Shown here: positions 24,846 to 37,572 of the stretch, one piece after another
Layout of the letters: each line of letters opens with the position of its first letter
Numbering within the stretch: the first letter of the stretch is position 1
Assembly (NCBI GenBank): GCA_964247055.1
Contig: OZ176054.1
Coordinates: forward strand, 13,206,001 to 13,270,000
Length of the DNA stretch: 64,000 nucleotides
Source: Paragordius varius
Lineage: Eukaryota; Animalia; Nematomorpha
Direction of reading: 5' to 3'
Translations under genes and position numbers: made by a program
Notes under the pieces: model-generated
The model's database searches: none
The model's input: only the letters and a program-made list of their open reading frames with translations
What the model was told of the DNA's origin: nothing

Positions 24846-27800
24846 ATCTGGACAAAAAAATGTCAGTTTTATCCCTCAACATTCAAATCTAAATAATGTT
24901 GAACAAAACTCAGATGGTAGGAATTTGAAAAAATTAAACGTAAAAGCAGGCGCATATATTACTCAAAAGACAACTGGAAATTTTGCATTTTCACAAAAAT
25001 CATTGAATTTCAATGGATTAACAACAATGGATTTCAAAACCTTACCATCAAGAAAGATTTTTAATATTGAAGATAATCCTAGTCATTTAAGTCTGTCTAC
25101 CCCGGGTGTTAGGTATTATTGAAATTAATTTGATCAAAATTGCTTTTTGTTGGCTCACTTCAACTAACGAGTTTATTTATCATGTTTGAAATTTTTGGGT
25201 ATAAAAGATAGATATAGATCAAAGCGTGTCAAACACGCGCCTCGAAAATATTTCCAGTGATAAATTAAAAAAATACTGTCTAGCGATAATTGTTATCATA
25301 GATTTTTTGCAAGTTCTATGGTTGAAACTAATAAAATACCTATAAATGTCCATATACTTTTTAAATGAGGGGCGCTTGTCGGTTTTTTAAGTGAAAAATG
25401 CCCCCCACGAATTCATTTGTGTTGGACACCCCCTTGTTTATGCGCATTAGGTTGCCAATAGAATACTTTTCAAAAACAGTCGACATATATATGCAATCAA
25501 ATTTTTCATATAAAACCCATATATATATATAAATGGGAGGAATTGATAATGTAATAATATCACCATCGTTTATCTGAGATTAAATTTTTTGTAAAAAGTT
25601 TGAAAAACAAAATTTTACATCTTTTCATATATATATATCTTAGTCGTTATCAATCACTATATCCTAAATTAACGGTTTCCGACTCAGTCTTTTCAACAGA
25701 TTCGACTGATTCAAATGCGCTCTTCTCATCTTTCCATCAAGACAACGAAATTCTAGAAAATATTGATAAGCGGGATTTGTCTATTATATCGACACGTGAC
25801 AATTTATCTGGACATTCTGGTATAATAACATATGTATGGCTTGAAAGTTATCGAAGAATTGAAATTTTTACAGTTTTTGTCCTTTTTTTATCTGATAAAA
25901 AGCGATGAATTTTAATGGAAATAGCCTAAAAAACGATTTTTGTTCCTTAACTACTCTGTATTCATATAATTTCTATGGTGTGTAAAAAGAATTTAAATTG
26001 CTAATTTTTTTGTCCAAAAAATTGCGATATACACTAAAAATTGAAATTATACGGATAAAATGTAAAAGCATAAAGACAAATTTTTTTTTCAAAAGCAATC
26101 ATACTTTTTTAAACCTTATTTTATCCAATAAAACACATTTAATTAAATCGAAAAAAATACACAATTGATTGATTGTATCAATTTACATTTCTATATTATA
26201 ATTTGTAGTTTAAAACAATGAGTTAAAAAGTATGGTTGGTTGTCTTTTTGAAAAAAAATATTTGTCTTTATATTTTCACATTTTTTTACTGTCCTTTTAG
26301 AACATGATGGTGGTCCCTCCTTTGAACAACATCAAAGAAAGCAATTTGCGCAAATCAACTTTAATACAATTGAATTATTTCATCCATCTATGGTTGAGGA
26401 TTATTACCAATCAAATAACTTTTACAGTGAAGACGAGGGCGAAAATCAATTAATCAGTAGTGATTCTGAAAATGAAAGTCCTAAAAAACGAAGTGGCAGA
26501 ACTCAAAAGACGACGACTCCTGGAAAATTGCAAAATTTTAGTGGCTTTAATAGTTCCCTGCAAAATAGGAACCATCAAGAATCATCGTTGAATGTGAACA
26601 GCTTGCTAAAGAAATTAGCCTTTGAACGGCCCTTGTTTAAATGTACTAAACCTGGGTATGTATTACTTGATAGTTTTTTCTAAAATTTGGCGTTAAAAAG
26701 TTTATTATGATTTAATTTTGAATTCTTTAAGGTATAAATTTATACATATAAAATTAATAATTGAGTTTATTATAATAACGCTTATATCACACATTATTGT
26801 AACTTTTAAATATATCATTTGTTTAGGCATATGGATGTAAGTTAATGGTTTTCTCAATTTTATATTTCACCGTATTGTATTTAAATAAGTTAATAACTGG
26901 TTGCCTTTTTTTAAAAAATATTGTCTTTTAGTTTTTACTGTAATAAAAAATCGAATTACTAGAAACATATCTATGATAATATTTTTTTTTCTTAGATATA
27001 CCACGGCCCCAAGCGTAGAGGAATGTTATGAAATGTATATGAGCAATTTACGAAAAACTATAATAGATTTTTATGAAACCGATCCTGATATGGTGGATAA
27101 AGCTAGGAATCGCTTGATGATTAACAATTTTACAATTGAAAGAAAGGTTTCTCTTTAATCTTTTTTTTTCTTTTTTTTGGTAAAAAATTCAAAAATATTA
27201 ATCGTATTTGAAGTATTTAGATTGGATTTTATTAGTTATAAATTAGGTTTAAAATATTAAAATTTATATTGGTTAAGTGATATAAGTATAAAATTTTAAA
27301 TAGTTGTATGTAATTTGTGTTAGTGTAAAAGGAGTGTTTCAGTTTTATTATTTATATTTTTTGGTTCAACATTTGGATTTTTAAATAACATCTCCTTTGG
27401 TTTAATATAAATTGGTATATTTTAATCTGTAAAAAACCCAACACAAGCCTTTAAATTCCTATACAAATTATAATTTGATGAAAATTAGCCTTAAAATATT
27501 CTTTTAAATGACTAAAACAATATAAAACTTTAAAGTATAAATGTCTATATTTAATTTTTTTAAATTAAAAAAGAATCTATATGTATATATTATTTTGTAG
27601 GGTTATGGATCTATCATGTTCCCTGGAGAAATTAATGTTATAGGCCTCAATATTGATAGGAATGGTAAAAAGATTTATTTATACTTTCAAACTTTATTAA
27701 AATTACCATATTTTTGAAAATTTTAACGGGGAAAAAATCAATTTTATTTTTTTTGAATAATGAAACAAAAACAATTATAGATAAAATTCATTTTTTATAG

Positions 27801-28885
27801 CCATATAAACATATTTTTAATTTAAATCTCACAAGGGATTGTATAAAATATTCTTCAATAGACACCATATTGAAATAAAATTAATATATTTGTATTCTTT
27901 TTCGTTTTTATTAGTCCTGATTGATGTTAAGGATGTCGAAATTTATCCGGACGAAGTCGATAAACCCATATTGGGTGAGGAAATGAACCGACCAGCTCTT
28001 ATAACACTTCACAATACTTATCCAATTGATAAATCAACTTTGCAACCAATTAAGGTACTAATTTATTAAATTAAAAGTAGAAATTACAGTAAAAACTGAA
28101 ATTATACGGACAAAACCTCAAAAAAGATAAATATTTTTTTTCTAGAATCTTGATTTGTTCCAATATAACTCATTGTTTTAAACTGCAAAATACGAAATTG
28201 ATATGTTTATTGGTAAAACAATTAATTATTTATTTACAATCGTAGGAAAAATTAAGAAAAAATGATGGTTGTCTTTCGTGTAAATATATTTGTCTTTATA
28301 TATTTTGTCCGTGTAATTTCAGTTTTTACTGTATACCTATGTCAGGATGCATAAAGTTAGAAAATACCCAAATATTTAATAAAAATAGCTTAGTCACATT
28401 AATAACAAAGGTTTGTGATAATGGGGTTAACCTCCTATCATTTATATTAATGTTTTTCTATTAAATATTGTGGACAGATAAAAGACCTTTTAATTTTAAG
28501 TTAACGGATTTTTGTTTTTAAAATATAGTTTATTTTATGTTGTTAATAAATATAAATATAGGAATTGGATAAAATAATTGATTTCAATTATGAGAAACGT
28601 TTACGCATCGCTTGTAAGAAAATGGGCGTCAAATTTGTCGATTATATTCCACACACTGGGACATGGATGTTTGAGGTAATTTTAGTTTCAGATCAATTAA
28701 AAAATTTTTTGATAAATTATTTGAGATAATTAAAATTTAATTTTTTTTTACATGATATCTGTTTTTAAAGTTTTTTAACCTTTACGCATTAATTTTTTGT
28801 TTCAATTCGAAAAAGTTCGTAATTTATCATTTATAAATATATATATTATATGATGCTAAAATTATTTTAGGTATCCCATTTTTAA
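24846..28885 (+). CDS. NUP98: Nup98-like nucleoporin, C-terminal half with autoprotease domain, copy B; 5' end unresolved
   Basis: Exons 24846-25112, 25644-25819, 26301-26655, 26996-27146, 27601-27664, 27915-28054, 28562-28675, 28871-28885 have the same phases as copy A and, from the 176-nt exon onward, the same lengths except one in-frame 24-nt difference. Ends GTA TCC CAT TTT TAA (VSHF*). Confidence 0.88.
26032..26291. mobile_element. MITE family A copy (orthologous to 5459-5706)
   Basis: Same termini and same intron position, ending 9 nt before the next exon (AG acceptor included). Confidence 0.75.
28087..28331. mobile_element. MITE family A copy
   Basis: TA|CAGTAAAAACTGAAATTATACGGAC ... 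GTCCGTGTAATTTCAGTTTTTACTG|TA, i.e. clean TIRs with a TA target duplication. Confidence 0.85.
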
Positions 28886-29605
28886 GCCTCAAAGATTACT
28901 TTATCTGGAGAAAATGACTCAAAAAAATCACAAGCAAATTCTACATAAGAAACAGTCTTCTCTATTATATTAATGTTATGATAAATATCCATTTTATAAA
29001 ATAAATAAATGTTTAAATGCGGACATATACTAATGTTTATATTTATTGAAATCTTTTCATAAATATTTTTATTGTTTTCTTTGCTCATTTTCTATATAAA
29101 TATGGTTTGTCATATTTAAACCGATATTCATAATAAATATATATATTATATAACTAATAAATTATATATAATGACTTTAAAACACAATGTTAAAATAAAT
29201 AGTTATGTGATGTGGGGGTGTAGGGGTAAAATACATAAAAATAACTAATATCATTTTTTAGGAATTATTTTAGAACCCAAATAATTAAAACTTAGATATC
29301 AAAAAAAAAGTTTATTCTGTTGAAACTATACAAGTGTGCTTAAATTATCTTTTCAAATTCAAATTTTTGACTAATTTTTTTTTCAAAAAGAGGTTTGACT
29401 GTTATACATATTAAAAAGTGACTGATCTTCGCGGTTTTACATTTAAACTAATATAAAAAAGGATATATATTAATATAAGGGGCGAAAATTAAAGAGAATT
29501 TTTCTATACATTAAGTTAAAAGTAATAGAAAATGTGACATCTTTTATAAGTTTTTGAAACTTGGACAATAAAAAGGGTAGTTTTTTCCCCCACGTTTAGT
29601 TTAGT

Positions 29606-32600
29606 TTAAGACATGAATTGCATGATTGCTCGCAGTGCATAAAGATTGGCTGCTTGGATTTTGGCATCCATATTCATGAGATTAACATGGACCTAAATAC
29701 AATTAGATTAAACAAAAAATAATAAAAGTTTTTTCACTAAATTTTCAAAAATCGCTTTTAATACAGCAAAAAATTAAAATTATAACGGGCAAAATGTAAA
29801 ACTATAATGAAAAATGTTTTTTTCCCAACCATACCTTTTTAAAACCTTCTTTATTTTTCTTATATAAACTAAACTATTCAATTTTAATTGTAAAAAATAA
29901 TTCATGTGTTATTGATATAGATAGATCTCTCCATACTTTGGATTAAACAATGAGTTTTAAAATTTAAAAAATATGTAAGATTGTTTTAAACAAGAAAATA
30001 TTTGTCTTTATATCAATAAAACTCATTTAATCTAGTTGAAAGTTAATTAAAGTCATAAAAAATCGTAAAACCTACATGACTTAATATATTATTATATTCT
30101 TTAAGAAATTCACAAAATTACTCCCTAAAAATATATGTATGTTTTTTACTTTAAAAAAATAAAATATCTACCTTTTCTGATTCTAGGAAGTCGCGCATAA
30201 ATCCTTCCTTAATGCAAAACTCTAAGGAACTCGAAGTACTGCTACTCCTTTTACTTAAAGGGGAATTTTTTGTCCCTTCATTTCCGACGCCGTTAGACTT
30301 TTTACCCCGTTTTTTCGTATTGGTAGAATGGGTTTGACCAGATTTTTTGTTCTTGGAATATAATATGTAAAAAGATTAAAAATTAAAATTAGTTTGATAA
30401 ATATCAAAAGTTAAAAAATAATGAATTTTTTTCCATAAAAAACCCCGACTATTTTCTTATTTCACAAACTAAGAACGATATGTTATTTATACAGAAAAAA
30501 AATTAATTTTGTCCAAATAAATGTTTCATATATAATCAGAAAGTGAAAAAAAAGTATTTTTTCAGGAAATTAAACGAAATATAAAATTCTTCAATTATAT
30601 TTAAACTAAAATTGTTAAATGTAAAATAAGGTATAATAACTAAATTTGCTTCTCTATTCCATATTTTAAATGGATTTATATTATAAAAAGTATATCTTAT
30701 ATATTTATAGGGAAAAACTACAAGTCTTTTAGTGTTTTATTTCAAAAAAAAATTTTTAAAATCTTACTGTATTCATGTTGCCATGAGGTGGATTAGTAGA
30801 AGATTGTTCAATTTTTGTTGCAAAAGATTGTTGCTTGTTCTTATTGAGAGAAGTTTCAGGAACCGATTCAATTCTAAATAAATTTATATTTCATGGTAAA
30901 AATTGATATAGACTTTTAAAAATAGTGGTTTTATTATGTATATATATTACATTTACATTTCTAATTCACACTTGAACAATTCAAATACACCTTGAACAAT
31001 TGAAATTTACCCTAAAAATAAAATATGTCTTTTTTAAGGTTAAAAAATTTACTTTTAATTTTTTTCATATTTTTAAAATATGAAATTCTGTTTAACATTT
31101 ATACAATACTGAAAAAATAATTAACTATGGTCAAATTATATTCTTCATATTAAGCCCGAAAATTCATAATTTATTTTTAGAGTGGTTTGAAATGGCTGAC
31201 GGTGACTTTGAATTGTTCAAGGATGAATTTGAATTGTTTAAGGTGAAATTAGAATTGATGGTATATATTCAGTTTAAATTTTTTCGTTTAATATACAATA
31301 AAAATTGGAATTATACGGACAAAAAGTAAAAAACATAGAAACTAATATTTTTTCAAAAAACACCCATAATTTTTTTAAGGTTAATTTTTCCAATATAAAT
31401 TATTTGATAAAAATTAATTGTGTTACTACTTTACATTTCTATTTTATACTTTACAATGAATTCATATAAAAAAATCAAGTGTTTTAAAAAGTATTTCGGG
31501 TTGTTTAAAAAATAAAATATTTATCCTTAGGTTTTTACGTTTTGTCCATAGTATAATTTCAGTTTTTACTCTAGTATATACTTTGACAAAAGATATATAT
31601 ATAAACTATTGAAAAAAACTAACCTAATTATGTTAAATAGATATCAGTTTAAAACTTTTTGCATTAATTTTAATATAAAACAAATTCTTTTTTAACGTTT
31701 TTCCATAGTAAAATTGCAATCTTTACTCTAGTATATAGTTTGGTAAAAAATTGATATAAACTATTGAGAAAACTAATTTGATTATGTTTAATATATTCAA
31801 TTTAAAACTTTTTGCATTTTTATAAACATAAAAAGACTTTGTAAAAATTGATATAAATACTATTGCCAAAAACTAATCAGATTATGTTAAATATATTCAG
31901 TTAAAACTTTTTGCATTTTTATTAAGATAAAAAGACTTTGTTAAAATAATTTCATATCACCTGAATAATTTGGGCGATTTTTTTCCCTTATTTTCCATTT
32001 TATCATAATTTTCATTTTTATTGTCTTTGTTGTGAATTACAATGTTGTAACAAGCGTCACAAAAGGTCGGAGCTAAAATACGTTGCGGATAACACGTTAA
32101 AGTTTTAATGACCTAGAAATATTAAACATTAATTTAAATTTAAATTTTATGGTAAAAATTGAAATTATCCGGACAAAACGTTAAAATATATAGACAAATA
32201 TTTATATCTAAAAAACAACCATACTTTTTAAAACCTGAATGTTTCCCATATAAGCTACTTTGTTATAATTGTAAAATATAGAATTGATTGTGTTAGTATT
32301 TTATATTACTCTATTTCACACTTTGCCATTTAAAACAATGAGTTATATTGAAATAATTAACGATTAAAAAGTATGGTTGTCTTTTAGAAAAAAATACTTG
32401 TCTTTATATTTTCACGTTTGCTCCGTATAATTTCAGTTTTACAACGTTATTGATGACCTAACAATAAAGCACAATACAATGTTTAATTTGAATTTAAATT
32501 CATTCCTCTTGTGGTAAAACTTAAATTATAATAAAACTAAATTAAAATCACTTATATCCACACAATTTTTTGGCGATATAAATTTTTATTGTTTTTTTTT

Positions 32601-35600
32601 CGTAACAAATGTTAGAAAGCTTTTTTTTATTTTTACAAGTTATTTCTGAGAAACCCTTGTGATATAAGAAAATCAATGAAAAATCATAAATTTATATAAT
32701 TTTATTTATATGATTTACAAATAAACGTAAATTTTTATTTGGAAAATACTTGCAATTAATGGAAACCAATCAGTACTTTTAAAACTCGTAAAGTAATTTG
32801 AAATATAAATTAATTAAGTGTTTAGCTTGGACAGTGATAAATAATATATTGAATAGCCATAATTTTGAAAAAGTATATAATATCCCTTTATAATATAAAA
32901 AATGTTTTTTTGATAATTTTTAATTAACGGTATTTATTCTAAAAAAGTGTTAAGTTAACACAAAATATTTTAATAGATTCAAAAAATATTCTTTATTTTA
33001 TAAAAACCATTTTCAAATTTCTCGTTAACAGCTGATTGACTTGACTGTAATCATAATCGTCATGGCGGATCCCATATGCCGAATGAATGTAATTCCAAAT
33101 GGCCCGCCGAAACATGGACGTATCTACGTTACTTACACAACCCATTCTAAAATATTTAATATTAATAAGAATAAAAAATTTAGTTTTTTAATTTTATCAT
33201 AAATAATAAGTAATAATAAATTTTTTCTATTAAGCATTTGTTACAAAAATACCCATAAAATATATATGTAAAGTTAAATGTTTTTATTGAAAAAACGCGG
33301 GGAATAATTAGCTATTACAAAATGTAAAAATCCGAAAAAAAGGTTTTTTTAAAAATTAAACAAGTATGTAAATAATGTTTTAAACACAAATTTATTTATT
33401 TATTATCAAGTAGAAAAATTTAAAAAAATAGTTAAGTAAGTATGCTTTATAAATGCAGTATTACATAAATTTTGTAAAAAATGTCATTTATACAAAAAAA
33501 TAGGTCTATATTCGCACAAAAAATGGAAAAAAAAGATTAGTTAATAATTAATTAAGCAAATTTATAGTACGTGGAATAAGTGAGATGATATGCCATACGG
33601 AATTTGTCATCTAACAGATTGCTTAGTTCAGGACATAATCTATTAACCAATGCATACCCATGGTGTTCCCAAGAATAATCCTATGTAATATATTTTTAAA
33701 CAAAAATAAAAAAAGAAAAAATTTTAAATAAAACTAAATAAAGTAAAAAGAATGGTAAATAAAAGTTTTATAAAATATATAATTGTGGTATATTAAACAA
33801 TCCTTTACAGTAAAAATCGAAATTATATGGACAAAACGTAAAAATGTTATGATAAAAAATTTTTTTGAAAAGATTTTCATACTTTTTTTAGTATCCTACT
33901 AAAATCATTTGATAACACTCTTAAGATATGTAATTAATTGTGTTACCAATATACATTGTTATTTTATACTAGCCAATTAAAAACAATGAATAATATTTAA
34001 AACCAAGTTTTTGTCGTTATATTTTTACATTTTGTCCGTATAATTTCATTTTTTACTGATAGGCATTTATATAAATATAAAATATATCAAAAAAATTGGA
34101 ATTTTTAAAAAAATGCACTGTTTTTTTGCAGATCTCATCTCTATCTGGGGAAAAAAACTTGGTTTATTACTCAAGGGTAATTTTATGAAATTTTTACATT
34201 TCACTCTATTTTATACATTATTTAACTTAAAAAAACCCAAAATTTAGTCGATAGCAATATTTTTTCCAAATTATAATTTAGAAGAAATATCAACTTGAAT
34301 TCTAAAGGTAGGAGCTTGACTAGGATGGTCTCGTTTAGCAAAATCGACGTACGAAAAAGTTTCATCAGCGGAAATAAAAGTTGAAGCTTTGACTAAATCC
34401 AACACTTCCGTGAGATTTGAACCGTCTCGTTTAAGTTTATTTCTCCAATCTTCAGTTTTGTTTTCATCTCTGACCATGGTTAAAATTTCATATTATATAC
34501 CATTTACAATTCAAATTCAAATTCACTCTTAAACAATTTCACCCTTAAGCGATTCTAATTCACCCTTAAACAATTCATATTCACCCTTAAACAATTCAAA
34601 TTCACCCTTAAACAATTCAAATTCACCCTTATACAATTTAAATTCACCCTTAAACAATTCAAAAAAAATTCAAATTGAACCCTCAAAATAAATTATGTGT
34701 TTTCGGGCAGCTAATATAACTCATCATCATTAATATGAAATATATTTTTAAGAACATATATTATATTTTCGGCATTATATTAAAAACAGAATTTCGTATT
34801 TTAAAAATATTAAAAAATAATGGTAGATTATAATCGTAAAAAACATATAATTTATTTTAGAGTGAATTTAAATTGTTTAAGGGTGAATTTGAATTGTTAG
34901 AGGGTGAATTTGAATTGTTCAAGGGTGAATTTGAATTGTTTGAGGATGAATTTGAATTGGAAATGATGTAGCAAAGGATGAAAGGACATACGTCAAAATA
35001 TAAAGACAATAATTTTTCTCAAAAGACAACTACATTTTTTAAACTTGATTGTTTTTTAAAAATAACTAAATGTTTTGAACTGCAAAGTAAGAAATAGTTG
35101 TGTAAAAGGGTAATATAATCAATTATCTATTTTATATAATTTGTGGCGGAAAAACTAAGTTTCCTAGCAGTATGAGGTTATTTTTTTAAAAAAAATTATA
35201 TGTCTTTATGTTTTTAAGTTTTGTCCGTAAAATTTTAGTAGGCAATCAAAATGTAAAAATAAAAGTATGGTAAAAATAAATATTAAATATATATCACTAT
35301 TGGTTTCCCCCAAAACTATAAAAATTAAGGATAAAAAAATATTTTTTAACAAAATTCATATTATAAGCAACATGGTATACTTTTGACAAAAAAATATTTT
35401 ATTCATTTTATATACCATTTACAATTCAAATTCACCCCCTGAACAATTCAATTTTACCCTTGAACAATTCAAATTCACCCTCAAATAAATAACATGTTTT
35501 TTAAGATTAAAAAATACCAATATTTTTATATATTTTTAAAAAATAAAAATTTTGTTTTAAAATCATACTGAAAAAATAATAAACTATAACATAAACATAT

Positions 35601-37028
35601 ATTTCATATTTATAATGAGTTATATTAGCTGTCCGAAAACATATAATATATTTTTAGGGTGAATATGAATTGTTCAAGGGTCAATTTGAACAGTAAATGG
35701 TATATATTTATTCTAGGAAATATTAGTAAATTAATTTTCATCTATATTCCAATAGTCGTAAACTAAAACAATTGTATTTTTCTTTAAGAGTTTAAATAAA
35801 ATTTTAACTTGTTTAAAAAATTTAGTAAATAAGTTTTACTTGAAATTATTCGTTCGACGCAAGTTAGTTTCATCGAATTGAAGTAAGAGGGATGATGGAC
35901 AACTACTATTTGTCGTAGTGTTGTCTTCATCAGAAGTAATTCCACTTTGAGGTGAACTCAACAAGACATTAAAATTGGGGTTTTTAATCACATTCTAATA
36001 ATGTAATAAAAACTTAATTTATACTACTATGGATGGACAAAATGTAAAAAAATAAAAGACAATTTTTTTTCTAAAAAAACAACCCCATACATGGTTAAAG
36101 AAACCTTAATTTATCCTATAAAAAACATTTAATTATAATCAAATACATTAATGAATGTGTTATCAATTTCCATTTCTATATAAAACAATGAGAGTTATAT
36201 TTAAAAATATTAAGATTAAAAGTCTATTGGAAAAAATATATGTCTTTATATTTTAACATTTGTCCGTATAATTTCAATTTTTACCGTAAAATTAATGTAT
36301 CAAAATTACTGAAAGAGACAAATATTTTTTGGTATATAAAGATAGCCCCATACTTTTTTGAACACACCTTGATTTTTATTAAGTATGTAACCTATTGATT
36401 ATTTTGGATTGCAAGCATAGGGAGAAACATAAATAGGGTTACAAAATTATATTAGTTTATGTGGGAAATATCAAGGTATAAAAAAGTATGGCTATCTATA
36501 AATTGTCTATTGTTAGGGTAATATATAAGGACAAACCCTTAAAACTAAAAGAAAAATATAATAAAAAAGACATTTTTTTTATAAATAAAAAGACCCCAAA
36601 ATTATTTTATAAAAACATTGATATTTTATATATATTTTACATGTTAACAATTTGGAATTTCATAGGTGTCTTTACTAATTTATGTATCTATTTTCCTCAA
36701 TTTATCGCCCCAAAATAATAGGTTATATTACTTGTAAAATTAATCAAGGTTATAATATAAAATCGTCTTCATATATGTTATATAGGATAATTTTATTTCA
36801 ATTAACATACTGCAGTTTCTAGCGTGGATTCAAAGGTATAATTTTTTAATGTAGTTTGTGGAGGTTCAGGTTTAATGGTCATAGCCAGGGCGATATCTAT
36901 TGCTTTTTGAGATGAGGGTGTTGCTATATATATGTAGGAAAAAATTATTGAACATTTTTTAGAAATATTGTGACTCAAACTAATGTTTTAACACATCATC
37001 CAGTTAAAGTTTTTTAATCAAAAGTTTG

Positions 37029-37065
<37 letters not shown>

Positions 37066-37528
37066 AAAAAATTATTAAACATTTTTATAAATTGTAAAAT
37101 AAAAATCTAATGTTTTAACAATATAAACATTTTTATAAATTGTAGAATAAAAATCTAATGTTTTAACACATCATCTAAAGTTTTTTAATCAATCGCTTTT
37201 TTTATTTATATATATTAAAGGAAAAAATTATCAAACATTTTTATAAATTGTAGAATAAAAATCTAATGTTTTAACACATCATCAAGTTTTTTAATCAATC
37301 GCTTTTTTTATTTATATATATATAGGAAAAAATTTATTAAACATTTATAAATTGTAGAATAAAAATCTAATGTTTTAACACATCATCCAGTTAAAGTTTG
37401 TTAATCAAAAGTTCGTTTATATATATATATATATATATATAATTATTAAACATTTTTATAAATTGTAGAATTAAATTGATGTTTTAACACATCATCCAGT
37501 TAAATTTTTAATCAAAAGTTCGCTTTTT

Positions 37529-37572
<44 letters not shown>

